Shown: positions 9,042-19,093, numbered from the stretch's first letter. The stretch is 64,000 bases of DNA from Patescibacteria group bacterium (GCA_049515915.1 JBEKTP010000005.1:15307-79306), one strand, 5' to 3'. Translations and numbers: made by a program. The notes: generated by a model from the sequence alone, not told the origin.

Positions 9042-9632
9042 TTATCTTGAGTAAAACTCAATGATTAATTGATCATTAATGTCGGTATCGAAATCTTCGC
9101 GTGTTGGTAAAGATTTAATTTCTGCTTTTAACGACTTTTCATCAACTTTTATCCAGTTGGGGATTTTAACTTTACTAGGTTTAACTAAATCTTTAGAAAC
9201 TGGACTGATAACATCACCGGATTTAACGGTTAAAGACGGAATATTTGATATTTTACCGTTAACTTGAATTTTGCGATGCAAAACAAGCTGTCGGGCTTGA
9301 GCCCGAGAAACACCCCAACCCAGCCGATAAACAATATTATCAAGACGGATTTCTAAAAGTCTAAAAAGTTGCTCGCCGGTATTTTTAGCCGATTTTGAAG
9401 CTCGTTTGAAAATATTAACAAATTGTTTTTCTCGCAGGCCGTATTCGGCTTTGGCTTTCTGTTTTTCAACAAGCTGCAAGCCATATTCAGATTTACGGGG
9501 ATTTGATTTTTTAGTGCCGTGGGCACCCGGTGGATAATTTCGGCGAGTTAAAGCACAATTCGGCGTATTACAACGATCTCCTTTTAAAAAAAGCTTAGCG
9601 CCAAATTTTCGGCATTTTGTACATTTGTCCAT
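9042..9632 (-). CDS. rpsD: 30S ribosomal protein S4 (zinc-finger type)
   Basis: N-terminal CTKCRKFG...CNTPNC Zn cluster and an S4 domain. Confidence 0.9.
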   Translation of the reverse strand: MDKCTKCRKFGAKLFLKGDRCNTPNCALTRRNYPPGAHGTKKSNPRKSEYGLQLVEKQKAKAEYGLREKQFVNIFKRASKSAKNTGEQLFRLLEIRLDNIVYRLGWGVSRAQARQLVLHRKIQVNGKISNIPSLTVKSGDVISPVSKDLVKPSKVKIPNWIKVDEKSLKAEIKSLPTREDFDTDINDQLIIEFYSR

Positions 9633-10021
9633 TAGACTCTCCGGATTTTTTTAGGTCGGGGGCCATTATGAGGAATAGGGGTGGTATCTTTTATGGAAAT
9701 GACTTTTACCCCTTGTCCACCGACCGCTCTGACCGCCGACTCACGACCCGAACCCACCCCGGCAACTTTGATAATTACCTCCGTAAGCTCATGAAAAGCT
9801 TTGGCTTTATCAAAAGCCTTTCGAACGGCAATCTGGGCCGCGAAAGGAGTTGATTTTTTGGTACCCGAAAAGCCGCTCGCCCCGGCGCTCGCCCAAGAAA
9901 TGGCATTACCATTTTCATCAGTAATGGTAACAATGGTATTATTAAAAGTTGACTGGATATAGACGATACCCTTACTGACAGGCTGAATAACCTTCTTCTT
10001 TTTTTTGATTTTTTTTGGCAT
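9632..10021 (-). CDS. rpsK: 30S ribosomal protein S11
   Basis: [30 protein letters not shown] matches S11. Confidence 0.9.
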   Translation of the reverse strand: MPKKIKKKKKVIQPVSKGIVYIQSTFNNTIVTITDENGNAISWASAGASGFSGTKKSTPFAAQIAVRKAFDKAKAFHELTEVIIKVAGVGSGRESAVRAVGGQGVKVISIKDTTPIPHNGPRPKKIRRV

Positions 10022-10055
10022 TATGTTGTTATACTCTTTAAATTAAGCTCAAGGT

Positions 10056-10442
10056 TTACGTTTTTTCAGCGGCTTTCTTGCGACCCGAACCAACAGTCAC
10101 TTTTTTGCCACGCTTCGTTCGAGCGTTAGTTTTGGTTCTTTGACCACGAACAGGCAAATTTCGCCTGTGACGCATTCCGCGATAAGTTCCGATTTCTTGA
10201 AGACGTTTAATATTCTGCGACACTTCCATTCTTAAATCGCCTTCGACTTTATAATTCTTATCAATTATTTCTCGGATTCTCTCAAGCTCGCTGTCGGACA
10301 AATCGGAAACTTTCGTTCCAGGCTTAACACCGGCTTGAGAAGCAATTTTTCTTCCCAATTCAATACCGACCCCTTTGATATAGGCTAATGAATATTCAAC
10401 GTGCTTGTTGTCTGGAATATTTACACCAGCTACTCTAGCCAT
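10056..10442 (-). CDS. rpsM: 30S ribosomal protein S13
   Basis: [26 protein letters not shown] matches S13. Confidence 0.9.
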   Translation of the reverse strand: MARVAGVNIPDNKHVEYSLAYIKGVGIELGRKIASQAGVKPGTKVSDLSDSELERIREIIDKNYKVEGDLRMEVSQNIKRLQEIGTYRGMRHRRNLPVRGQRTKTNARTKRGKKVTVGSGRKKAAEKT

Positions 10443-10452
10443 TTTAAATCCT

Positions 10453-10566
10453 TTATCCTTGACGCTGCTTGTGCTTGGGATTACTACAAATTACCCGCAA
10501 AACTCTTTTACGTCGAATTACTTTACACTTAAGACAAATTTTTTTAACAGAGGGTCTTACTTTCAT
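10453..10566 (-). CDS. rpmJ: 50S ribosomal protein L36 (not in ORF track; 37 aa)
   Basis: The minus-strand translation [37 protein letters not shown] is a textbook L36. It sits in its conserved position between infA and rpsM. Confidence 0.85.
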   Translation of the reverse strand: MKVRPSVKKICLKCKVIRRKRVLRVICSNPKHKQRQG

Positions 10567-10586
10567 CGTATTTCATTAATTAATAG

Positions 10587-10808
10587 CTATAATCGTCGCG
10601 TAATCCGACCTTTGGTTAAATCATAAGGTGAAAGCTCAACCGTCACTTTATCTCCTGGCAAAATTTTAATATAATGCATTCTGATTTTGCCTGAGACATG
10701 AGCTAAGATTTCCTGACCGTTTTCAAGTGCAACATTAAAAGTAGCGTTTGGCAGAGCTTCGGACACAGTCCCCTCGAAAACAATTTTTTCTTTTTCCATA
10801 TCTTGCAC
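10587..10808 (-). CDS. infA: Translation initiation factor IF-1
   Basis: S1-like fold sequence [36 protein letters not shown] matches IF-1. GTG start. Confidence 0.9.
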   Translation of the reverse strand: MQDMEKEKIVFEGTVSEALPNATFNVALENGQEILAHVSGKIRMHYIKILPGDKVTVELSPYDLTKGRITRRL

Positions 10809-10852
10809 AACTCAATCATTACTACAATTTATTTAGTAGTAAATCTGTAATT

Positions 10853-10881
10853 ATTGTAACATATTGGTCTATATTAGTCAA
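10853..10881 (-). promoter_or_regulatory. Sigma-70-like promoter TTGACT-17-TACAAT for infA
   Basis: Minus-strand -35 TTGACT (10876-10881), an exact 17-nt spacer and -10 TACAAT (10853-10858). The same consensus recurs upstream of tuf, fusA and the small ORF at 27690. Confidence 0.5.
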
Positions 10882-10894
10882 GATATGGATGTGT

Positions 10895-10920
10895 GAAGGG
10901 GCGCCGGAAGGCGCCCCTTC
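10895..10920. other. Perfect GC hairpin GAAGGGGCGCC-GGAA-GGCGCCCCTTC, with no U-run on either strand, downstream of the 10937-11278 ORF
   Basis: An 11-bp perfect inverted repeat with a GNRA-like loop, seen directly. It lies between the infA promoter and the stop of the upstream GC-rich ORF. Confidence 0.35.
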
Positions 10921-10936
10921 AGTGATTCAGAGATGG

Positions 10937-11278
10937 CTAGTTTCTTCTGACCATATCGGAGGGTATGGTGTCCAGGGGGTCGTAGGTTCGTAGGCACTGG
11001 TGGCAAAAGTACATCCCTTCGTACTTGGCGAAAAAGAACGCCAATCCACCGTCTTTGCCTTTCGCTTTCGCGCTACAGACTGTCCCCTCAGCCCGGATGG
11101 GACGATAGAGGTGGATTTTTCCACGTTCATCTTGAACACAAGGTATCCCGAGAGCTTTATATTGCGTCATAAGCTCAAGACAGCGTTTGTCGCGCCAGAC
11201 GCTACGGCGAAATACGACGTATGATGCGATACATCCTGTAACAACAATCACTCCAGTCAATAGCAGACCATTAATCAT
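10937..11278 (-). CDS. Hypothetical TM-anchored Cys-rich protein in a GC-richer islet (start moved to Met7, which has an SD)
   Basis: GAAGGAG lies 8 nt upstream of the second ATG. The N-terminal TM helix (LLLTGVIVVTGCIASYVVF) is followed by a Cys-containing domain (CHQC). Composition is visibly GC-richer than flanking map/infA. Confidence 0.4.
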   Translation of the reverse strand: MINGLLLTGVIVVTGCIASYVVFRRSVWRDKRCLELMTQYKALGIPCVQDERGKIHLYRPIRAEGTVCSAKAKGKDGGLAFFFAKYEGMYFCHQCLRTYDPLDTIPSDMVRRN

Positions 11279-11364
11279 ACTGTTGACTCCTTCCATTATG
11301 GTGATTGCATTTTAACACAAAAAAAGACAGATTTCAACGATAAAAGATTGTGATATCGATGAAT

Positions 11365-12111
11365 TTATTCTGTCGTTAGTATATCGTAACCGCTCTTGGT
11401 CACTACTACCGTATGTTCAAAATGGGCTGAAAGTGAGCCGTCAGCCGTGACAACCGTCCAATCATCTTTAAGGATTTTAACATGCCAATCTCCGTCGGAA
11501 ATCATGGGTTCAATCGCCAAGGTGTATCCTTCTTTTAAAATCAAACCAGTGCCCGCTTTTCCATAATTGAGAATAGGAGGGTATTCTTGAAGTTCTTGAC
11601 CGATGCCATGGCCGGAAAGATCTCGAATAACACTAAACCCAGCTCCTTCGACAATCGTTTGGATGCGATGTTGAATATCACCCAAGTGCAGACCCGGTTT
11701 GATAATCGAAAGACCTTCGTCAAGAGATTTTTTAGCGATATCTATTAGTTCTTTCTTTTGAAAATTGATTTTGCCCACGCCAAGGGTTAACGCAGTATCT
11801 GTATGAAACCCTTCATATTGAACACCTAAATCGATCCCGATAATGTCGCCTTCTCTGAGTATTCGGCCGCCAGGAATGCCGTGCACGACTTCCGAATTAA
11901 CCGATGTGCAAATCGAGGCCGGATAGCCCTGATAATGAAAAAATGAGGCTTTTGCCCGTGCTTTTTTTAATTCGGCTCGAGCTAAAATATCTAAATCACC
12001 GGTCGTTATGCCTGGTTTTACTGTTATTGCAAGCAAATTTAAAACATGGGCAGCGATTTGGCCACCCCTTCGCATTTTCTCGATTTCATCGGAATTTTTT
12101 TGATAAATCAT
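11365..12111 (-). CDS. map: Methionine aminopeptidase type I
   Basis: Pita-bread fold motifs are present (GIDLGVQYEGFHTD, HGIGQELQEYP). Confidence 0.9.
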   Translation of the reverse strand: MIYQKNSDEIEKMRRGGQIAAHVLNLLAITVKPGITTGDLDILARAELKKARAKASFFHYQGYPASICTSVNSEVVHGIPGGRILREGDIIGIDLGVQYEGFHTDTALTLGVGKINFQKKELIDIAKKSLDEGLSIIKPGLHLGDIQHRIQTIVEGAGFSVIRDLSGHGIGQELQEYPPILNYGKAGTGLILKEGYTLAIEPMISDGDWHVKILKDDWTVVTADGSLSAHFEHTVVVTKSGYDILTTE

Positions 12112-12126
12112 ACCACAACTATTTTA

Positions 12127-12783
12127 CTAAGGATCACTGAAGATTTTTTCCACCTTTAATTCAATCTCATCGGCAACCTCATCAATTGGTGGGTTGCCGT
12201 CAATCTCAATTAAGACCTTTAATTTTTTATAAAAATCAATCAAAGGTTTAGTTTGTTCATTATAAACTGCTAAACGTTCTTTGACAACATCAGGTTTATC
12301 GTCTTCGCGCAAAATTAAATCTCCGTGGCATTCGTCACACTTTTTAATTTTTAGCTGAGCGGGGTTCTGAAAGATTTTTTTACAATTTTGACAAACGCGG
12401 CGGGTTGAGATGCGCTCGATTAAATTTTTCGAATCAACCTTTAAATTTAAAACAAAGACTTTACTTTTCGTGGTATTAAAATAATTTTGGAGATGTTCAA
12501 CTTGATTTAAAGTGCGGGGATATCCATCAAAAATAACACTTGAACCAAACCGTAAATTTTTAAGAGCTTGATCAACCAACTCGTTAGCGGTTTGATTATC
12601 GACTAACCTACCCGATTCGATTATATTTTTAATTTTCTTCCCCAGGTCAGTTTTATCATTTAATTCGATCCTCATGAGATCACCTGTTCCAAGATAACTT
12701 AAGCCAAAATGTTTAACGAGCTTTTTTGCTTGGGTACCTTTACCCGAGCCGGGCGCTCCGAAAATAATAAAGTGTTTTGTCAT
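12127..12783 (-). CDS. adk: Adenylate kinase (Zn-lid type)
   Basis: P-loop GAPGSGKGTQA and lid CQNCKKIF...CDEC. The start is placed at MTKHF rather than the upstream Met. Confidence 0.9.
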   Translation of the reverse strand: MTKHFIIFGAPGSGKGTQAKKLVKHFGLSYLGTGDLMRIELNDKTDLGKKIKNIIESGRLVDNQTANELVDQALKNLRFGSSVIFDGYPRTLNQVEHLQNYFNTTKSKVFVLNLKVDSKNLIERISTRRVCQNCKKIFQNPAQLKIKKCDECHGDLILREDDKPDVVKERLAVYNEQTKPLIDFYKKLKVLIEIDGNPPIDEVADEIELKVEKIFSDP

Positions 12784-12784
12784 T

Positions 12785-13369
12785 TTAACTTCCCCAGTTA
12801 CGAACAGAGTCAATTAGATAAGAATCACCCACCGCTTTGGTCGTGAAAATTTTAGTGATTTGGGTTTGACCTTTAAAAACAACAGTTACCTCGACTGTTT
12901 GTTCGTCGATTTGAACAATATTGCTGATCACCGATTGGGTAGGTGGATTTGTTCCCACAAATGCCGTAAGCTCATCAGATAAATTAGTGATTAACTGACC
13001 ACTGGAATTTTGAAGATTAGCCAAAGCTAATTGAGCGGTCAGCGTTAGTAGATTCTTGGCATCTTGAGCGTTTTGATCATTCTGAGAACCGGACGATTTT
13101 GTCCATAAATTAATAAAGTTGGTGACGGTTTGCTCCGATTGGGTTTTCCATGCTGGCGCGGTCGGCGAAGGGCTGGGTACAGGTTTAACGAGAGCCGGGG
13201 CAATAAATCGTTGATAGACAAGCAGTCCGCCGAGAAGAATAACTAATATGATAATTAAAATAACGCTCCATTGGAGTAAAAAACTTTTCTTTTCGGGATT
13301 ATTTTTAGATGCGATTTGGCGAAGTTTAGTTTCGTCAATTACAGGTGGTGGGGTGGGTGTATGATCCAA
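12785..13369 (-). CDS. Hypothetical signal-anchored surface protein
   Basis: Charged N-terminus, a single TM (ILIIILVILLGGLLVY), a Pro/Ser linker and a C-terminal domain. It is co-oriented in the cassette between secY and adk. Confidence 0.45.
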   Translation of the reverse strand: MDHTPTPPPVIDETKLRQIASKNNPEKKSFLLQWSVILIIILVILLGGLLVYQRFIAPALVKPVPSPSPTAPAWKTQSEQTVTNFINLWTKSSGSQNDQNAQDAKNLLTLTAQLALANLQNSSGQLITNLSDELTAFVGTNPPTQSVISNIVQIDEQTVEVTVVFKGQTQITKIFTTKAVGDSYLIDSVRNWGS

Positions 13370-13383
13370 ATCAACTCCTTAAT

Positions 13384-14055
13384 TTATTTAGCTACAGCAA
13401 TTAAAGTAATTGCCCAGATGCCTTGACCGCCTTTGATGTCAGGTTGAATTAAAGTGATCAGGTATTTTTGGGAGTTTTTAGAAACAGTGACCGTTGCTGT
13501 ACCGGCTGTATTATCCTTAGCTTGAAGGGTGTATTGGTCGGTATTTTGAAGACCGTAAGCCGGGCTTGAGTCGGCTTGGGCTGTCTGAACCGGGTCTAGC
13601 CGAAATTGATATTTGCTGATGTTTTTTTCGATGGCAGTGACCTGGGTCGTATTAACCGTATAGGCAATTTGACCATTTTTGGGAATAATTAATGTTTGAC
13701 CTGCTTGAACTTTATTCGGATCAGTGATACCGTTAGCGGCGGTTAAATCGGCTAAGGTTAGACCGTTTTGATTAGCGATTCCATAAAGAGTTTCACCCTC
13801 TTTAACCACGTAAGTATCGGTCGGATTCGAAGGACGAGTCGATGATGAAGCGTTAGACTGTATGCTGGTGGTTGAACTTGGACTAGGTGAAAGCGGTTGA
13901 GTCGAAACAGCATCTTGAATGGCTGGCGAGGACGAACTACCTGTCGAATTTTTTTCAAGGGTCTTAGTTTTAAAAAAGAAAAAACTTGAAGCACCTGAAA
14001 GCGCAAGAATAATTACAACTAAAACGCAGAAAAGTACCCATGTTTTTTTGGTCAT
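13384..14055 (-). CDS. Signal-anchored LysM domain protein
   Basis: LysM motif YVVKEGETLYGIANQNGLTLADLTAANGITDPNKVQAGQTLIIP. An N-terminal TM and an S/T-rich linker precede it. Confidence 0.6.
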   Translation of the reverse strand: MTKKTWVLFCVLVVIILALSGASSFFFFKTKTLEKNSTGSSSSPAIQDAVSTQPLSPSPSSTTSIQSNASSSTRPSNPTDTYVVKEGETLYGIANQNGLTLADLTAANGITDPNKVQAGQTLIIPKNGQIAYTVNTTQVTAIEKNISKYQFRLDPVQTAQADSSPAYGLQNTDQYTLQAKDNTAGTATVTVSKNSQKYLITLIQPDIKGGQGIWAITLIAVAK

Positions 14056-14065
14056 TTTTATTCTT

Positions 14066-15064
14066 CTAATTTAGCCAGCCCAAAATCTGGCTGGCTTTTT
14101 CTAGGGTGGATTTTTGCTTACTATTTAAATCAACAATATATATCTGCCCAGCCGTAAGACTATTAACCTTAGTATTGTACTGGGCGACGATGAAAGCAAG
14201 TTTATTTTGCGAATCGAGCTCAACGAATCCTGCTCGCCCGCCGTTAAATTCGGCAATTTCGGTGACGGAACCAGTATTTGGGTTGACGGTATCGATTTCG
14301 CCCGCATTATTGTTGCTGGCTTTACGTTTAGAAATAATAATCGAGTCGCTTGTCGGCCAAGAAACCCAATCCAGAACGTTTCCATTAAGTGTGATAACTT
14401 TATCGGCTTTACCCGAAGCGATACTAAAAGTATTTAAATCCGTGTTTGTACCTGTTGTGATGGCATAGGCAATTTTTGAAGCGTCGGGAGAAAATGCCGG
14501 TGAAATAATTTCCACTTGCGAGCTAACGGCCGTTTTAGGGAGGTTATCGCTTAGATTTTCATAATAAAGCGTAAAACCGTAATTTGCCTCGACATTAGAA
14601 AAGCTGGTAAAAGTAAGTTTGCTGGCGTCAGCAGCGATAGCTAAATTTTCAGGAACTGAAAAATTATCAGAAATCTTTTTTTCTTTGGCTGTTGCCAGGT
14701 CAATGCTGATCAGTTGGCCAACTTTTTTCGAGTCGGCGGAAGTAATGGCCAATACTTCATTCGCTTCCGGGGCCAAGTTCGAAAGCATAATGATTTTATT
14801 TGTTTCGTCAGCATCAGTAAAAACTTTTTTGTCACTGCCATTTTCGTTTTTAAAAATTTGAGTGGCACTGCCGATCGTGACATATAAAAGATCTGAAGAT
14901 GGTTGGGCTGAAGAATTACTCGACGTTGGAGTAATAAGATGATTGGTCGTCACTTTAACAGAAGTTCCGGAACTTGTCGTGGTAATATAGTTTTTATTAA
15001 TATACCAAGCCAGGGCCGTCACGACCGCTATTCCCAAAATAATTGTAATGATCTTTTGAGGCAT
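14066..15064 (-). CDS. Signal-anchored beta-propeller (TolB/PD40-like) protein
   Basis: N-terminal TM followed by PD40-like repeats such as SPAFSPDASKIAYAI. Confidence 0.45.
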   Translation of the reverse strand: MPQKIITIILGIAVVTALAWYINKNYITTTSSGTSVKVTTNHLITPTSSNSSAQPSSDLLYVTIGSATQIFKNENGSDKKVFTDADETNKIIMLSNLAPEANEVLAITSADSKKVGQLISIDLATAKEKKISDNFSVPENLAIAADASKLTFTSFSNVEANYGFTLYYENLSDNLPKTAVSSQVEIISPAFSPDASKIAYAITTGTNTDLNTFSIASGKADKVITLNGNVLDWVSWPTSDSIIISKRKASNNNAGEIDTVNPNTGSVTEIAEFNGGRAGFVELDSQNKLAFIVAQYNTKVNSLTAGQIYIVDLNSKQKSTLEKASQILGWLN

Positions 15065-15136
15065 AATCTGGTTTAGTTTTCGATTTAAAAAATTGAAATG
15101 ATTGATTCCCGAGTATCAGACGGCTGGGCTTTCAAT

Positions 15137-15874
15137 CTAGCCCGTATAATTAAATGTCCCAAGAATTAAATTAAAATCAGTATTATAGGCCGAAGTCTGA
15201 TCGCTCGATATAAGATTTAGTCCGCCAATAAGAGTTACCCGTGAATAAAATGATGAGATGATATTGCCGGCCTGAAAGACGACCTCATCTATTTGCGAAT
15301 TATTAATATTAACCAATTTCATGGCACTGAAAGCGTTTCCCTGACCAATTTGAATATTGGTTTTACCTTCGGCTTGAATTGACTGGACGAAATTATTAAA
15401 GGTAGTCCCGTCTTGAACCTGATTCCAACTTAAGCTGAGTAAATCTACCGATTGAGAATTAACGGTAAAATTTTTGCCTGTTGGATCGATCGTAACGGTT
15501 AACCCAGCTTGACTAGTGACTTCCTTGACTGTAAAGTCGGTAGGATATTGAAAAGTAAAACCATATTGCTGGTTAGTATAAGTTTGCCAGCCGGTGGTTG
15601 GACTAACCGGCGAGGGTGAAAGAGTTAGTGAGGGTGACGGTTTGGGCGAAGTATTCGAAATCACTAACGGTGTCGCCACGGGCCGATAATAATATTTAAA
15701 CCAAAACCAGCCGCCAACGGCGATAAGTATTAATAAATATAATATCGGCAAAGACCACCGTAGAGTGCTTTTTCGCTTAGGAGGTGAGGGTGGTGTTACC
15801 GATGGCTGCGGCGGATAAGACGTTCCCTGCCCGGCGGGATTCAAGGTTGGGGCAGAGTTAGACGGTTGATTCAA
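15137..15874 (-). CDS. Hypothetical signal-anchored surface protein (Pro-rich N-terminus)
   Basis: Pro-rich cytoplasmic N-terminus, TM LPILYLLILIAVGGWFWF, an S/P linker and a beta-rich C-terminal domain. It lies immediately downstream of secY. Confidence 0.45.
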   Translation of the reverse strand: MNQPSNSAPTLNPAGQGTSYPPQPSVTPPSPPKRKSTLRWSLPILYLLILIAVGGWFWFKYYYRPVATPLVISNTSPKPSPSLTLSPSPVSPTTGWQTYTNQQYGFTFQYPTDFTVKEVTSQAGLTVTIDPTGKNFTVNSQSVDLLSLSWNQVQDGTTFNNFVQSIQAEGKTNIQIGQGNAFSAMKLVNINNSQIDEVVFQAGNIISSFYSRVTLIGGLNLISSDQTSAYNTDFNLILGTFNYTG

Positions 15875-15894
15875 TTTTCCTCCTTAAGATCAAC

Positions 15895-17169
15895 TTAATA
15901 AGCTTCGTATTGGCGCATTACAAGTTGGGCCTGTATCTGTCTCATTGTTTCAATTATAACAGAGACCATAATCAAAACGCCAGTCCCTCCGACGACAAGA
16001 GTATTGATATGGGTAACGGCTTGAACGATAAATGGCAAAACGGCGATCACGCCTAGAAACACCGCTCCAGTCAAATTGATGCGCGAAATAATGCCCGATA
16101 AATAATTAGAGGTCTCGGTGCCGGGCCTGACGCCGGGCACAAACCCCCCTTGTTTTTGCAAGTTTTCAGCGATTTGATCAGGTTTTAAAATAATCCCGGT
16201 ATAAAAAAACGTAAAGGCAATCACTAAAACAAAGTATAAAATGCCGTAAAACCAGTTGTTCGAAAATAAATTCGAAACATATGTCGCTGTACCGGCCAAC
16301 CAAGCTGCTTTAGCTTGAGTAAAATATTTAGCAATCACTCCTGGAAAAAGCATAATTGACATGGCAAAAATAATCGGAATAACCCCACCGGTGTTGACAC
16401 GAATAGGTAGATGAGTATCGACGCCACCATAAGCTTTAAGTCCGCGAATTCTTCTCGCATATGAAACCGGAATCTGGCGCTGGCCTTCGTTGACTAAAAC
16501 AATTAAAACAATAACGCCTAGAGCAATAATACCATAGATAATTAGACCAATGATTTTACTGGTGTCTAAAACGGCTAATGTATTACGAACTTGGGTCGGT
16601 AGCCCAGCAATAATGCCAAGGGTAATAATCAACGAGACGCCGTTACCAATGCCGTTTTCAGAAATAAGCTCACCTAACCACATTAGAAGAATTGTGCCGG
16701 CGGTAATCGAAATAATCATGGTTATTAATTGAAATGGCGTCCAAGAACTCACTATGCCCTGACTTTTTAAAAGGGAAAGCATGGCAAAGGATTGAACAAT
16801 CGCCAACGGCACGGTCAAAATTCTTGTCCAGTAGTTAATTTTTTCCTGGCCTGCCTCGCCTTCTTTTTGGAGTTCTTCCAACGAGGGAATAACCATGCCT
16901 AAAAGTTGAAAAATAATAGAAGAGGTAATATAAGGCCCCACCCCCATCATGATAACCGAAAAGTTTTGCATGGAGCCGCCCGAAAACATATTCAGAAGCC
17001 CGAAAATTTGATTTCGGCCGAAGAAATTGCGAAGTTCGTCAATGTTGACACCAGGCAAAGGAATATGAGCTAAAACCCTGACAATTACCAAAAGACTAAC
17101 CGCATATAAAATCCGTTTTCTTAAATCCGGCAGTGTAAATATTTGTTTGAAAGTCTCCCAGAACTTCAT
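15895..17169 (-). CDS. secY: Preprotein translocase subunit SecY
   Basis: Ten-TM protein with SecY N-terminus and plug region. Confidence 0.9.
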   Translation of the reverse strand: MKFWETFKQIFTLPDLRKRILYAVSLLVIVRVLAHIPLPGVNIDELRNFFGRNQIFGLLNMFSGGSMQNFSVIMMGVGPYITSSIIFQLLGMVIPSLEELQKEGEAGQEKINYWTRILTVPLAIVQSFAMLSLLKSQGIVSSWTPFQLITMIISITAGTILLMWLGELISENGIGNGVSLIITLGIIAGLPTQVRNTLAVLDTSKIIGLIIYGIIALGVIVLIVLVNEGQRQIPVSYARRIRGLKAYGGVDTHLPIRVNTGGVIPIIFAMSIMLFPGVIAKYFTQAKAAWLAGTATYVSNLFSNNWFYGILYFVLVIAFTFFYTGIILKPDQIAENLQKQGGFVPGVRPGTETSNYLSGIISRINLTGAVFLGVIAVLPFIVQAVTHINTLVVGGTGVLIMVSVIIETMRQIQAQLVMRQYEAY

Positions 17170-17199
17170 CTTGTTCCTTTGACTGGAACGAGAATTATA

Positions 17200-17685
17200 T
17201 TATTTTTGGGATTTTGACATGGCAGTCTTTTTAGCCACTGTTTTGATAGGCTTTTTTAGCACTGTAGTTTTAATAGCCAAATAGGTTTTTAATTTTTTTT
17301 GAGTAAGCCTTACATCGCGATATTTAAAATTGATTTCTGAATTTTTATCATTTAAAACTTTTACCGGCTTATTCATCGACTTGATAAGTTTTTTTTCAAA
17401 TAGTGTTTTTGGAGAAACTACCTCGCCTGCGCGAAAATTTTTTTCAAGTTGAGAAATTTGAACAATTTGAAACTTCAGGTTTAAGCTTCGAAACCCACGT
17501 GTTTTCGGCATCCGCTGAATCAACGGCATTTGACCACCTTCAAAACGCCGCGGAATATTGTGTCCTGATCGAGATTTCTGGCCCTTGGTACCCCGGCCTG
17601 ATGTTTTACCTCGGCCCGAGCCCAAACCACGACCCAATCTTTTCGAGACTTTTGTTGTCGTTTTTGACAACTTATCAAGTTTCAT
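17200..17685 (-). CDS. rplO: 50S ribosomal protein L15 (start moved to the internal Met)
   Basis: [27 protein letters not shown] is the L15 signature. The upstream Met at 17742 would overlap rpsE by 68 nt. Confidence 0.8.
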   Translation of the reverse strand: MKLDKLSKTTTKVSKRLGRGLGSGRGKTSGRGTKGQKSRSGHNIPRRFEGGQMPLIQRMPKTRGFRSLNLKFQIVQISQLEKNFRAGEVVSPKTLFEKKLIKSMNKPVKVLNDKNSEINFKYRDVRLTQKKLKTYLAIKTTVLKKPIKTVAKKTAMSKSQK

Positions 17686-18211
17686 TTTTTTCCTTTGACT
17701 CAGTTGAAAACTTTTCAAGCGCTTCAATTGTCGCTTTAGCATTATTGACTTTATTGGCCGTCCCTAAAATTTTTGCTACTACATTTTTAATGCCGGCCAA
17801 CTCACAGATAACTCGAATAGCCCCACCCGCCACAATGGAAGTACCAGGTTTAGCTGGTCTTAAAATAATATGAGCCGCACCGCTCTTTAACTCAATCCGA
17901 TAAGGAATAGTATCATTTTTAATGACAACATTGATCATATTCTTTTGCGCGATTTTATTTGCCTTATTAACAGCGTCAACAACTTCGGCGGCTTTTCCAA
18001 CCCCGATACCAATTTTACCGGCTCGATTACCTAAAACAACTAAGGCCCGAAAGCGAACACGTTTTCCACCACGGACTGTTCGTGAGACACGATCAACCTG
18101 TAAAACCCGGCGCTCAAATTCATCTTGCCCTTGTTCAGGGTTTCTACCGTGCTCAAATGGTCTCACGGAAGAAGATTTTTTTGTGAATTTATTCATTTTT
18201 TCTTCTGCCAT
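17675..18211 (-). CDS. rpsE: 30S ribosomal protein S5
   Basis: S5 dsRBD and C-terminal domain motifs. L15 follows directly and no L30 gene is present. Confidence 0.9.
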   Translation of the reverse strand: MAEEKMNKFTKKSSSVRPFEHGRNPEQGQDEFERRVLQVDRVSRTVRGGKRVRFRALVVLGNRAGKIGIGVGKAAEVVDAVNKANKIAQKNMINVVIKNDTIPYRIELKSGAAHIILRPAKPGTSIVAGGAIRVICELAGIKNVVAKILGTANKVNNAKATIEALEKFSTESKEKNET

Positions 18212-18212
18212 T

Positions 18213-18512
18213 TTAAAACTCCAAACCAGCTTTACGTAAGTTTTCAGCCAATATTTTTACTTGACCGTGATATTTATAGCCACCGCGATCAAAAACAACA
18301 GATTTAATTTTTTTTGCCCGTAAAATTTTAACAAAGGTCAAGATCAAATCTTTATCTTTCAGAGTGGAGGCCGAAGCAAGCGTTTTACCCTTATCATCAT
18401 CGATCGCCTGCAAATATAAATTCTTATTTGAACGAAAAACGACGACTCGCGGGCGATCGCTGGTTCCAAAAACTTTTGCTCTAATTCTAATTTTACGACT
18501 CATCTTACTCAT
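18213..18512 (-). CDS. rplR: 50S ribosomal protein L18
   Basis: [20 protein letters not shown] matches L18. Confidence 0.9.
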   Translation of the reverse strand: MSKMSRKIRIRAKVFGTSDRPRVVVFRSNKNLYLQAIDDDKGKTLASASTLKDKDLILTFVKILRAKKIKSVVFDRGGYKYHGQVKILAENLRKAGLEF

Positions 18513-18521
18513 CAGTTTTCC

Positions 18522-19076
18522 TTATTGGTTACTCCCAATGGCCGCTTTGGCGGCTTTACCAGCTTTACGACGTGGAATTTCGTTAATATATTTAATCCCT
18601 TTGCCTTTATACGGCTCAACTGGTTTAATAGCTCGTATTTCAGCGGCCGCTTGGCCGACTTTTTGCTTATCGGAGCCGGAAACAGTTATCACGTTCTTTT
18701 CAACTTTTATTTCAATTCCTTCAGGTACTTTAAAAATTACCGGATGGGAGAAACCGACATTGAGCGTTAAAACACCTCCCGACACTTCCGCCTTAAAACC
18801 GACACCTTTAAAATCAAGCTGTTTAATAAAACCTTTTGATAAGCCTATCACCATATTGTCGATTAGCTGTCGCGTTAAACCATGCAAGGATTTTGATTGC
18901 TTATCATCTTTTTTCCGGTTAACGGATACGGAATTTTCGAATACCTCAACGGAAATATTTTTTTGCAAATCAAAATTTTGCTCACCTTTGGGACTGGAAA
19001 CTTTAACGGTGTGATCAATAACTTCGACTTTGACACCTTCGGGGATAATTATTTTTTTACGACCTATTTTTGACAT
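18522..19076 (-). CDS. rplF: 50S ribosomal protein L6
   Basis: MSKIGRKKIIIPEGVKVEV and two L6 repeats. Confidence 0.9.
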   Translation of the reverse strand: MSKIGRKKIIIPEGVKVEVIDHTVKVSSPKGEQNFDLQKNISVEVFENSVSVNRKKDDKQSKSLHGLTRQLIDNMVIGLSKGFIKQLDFKGVGFKAEVSGGVLTLNVGFSHPVIFKVPEGIEIKVEKNVITVSGSDKQKVGQAAAEIRAIKPVEPYKGKGIKYINEIPRRKAGKAAKAAIGSNQ

Positions 19077-19093
19077 CGATTCTCTTACTAATT

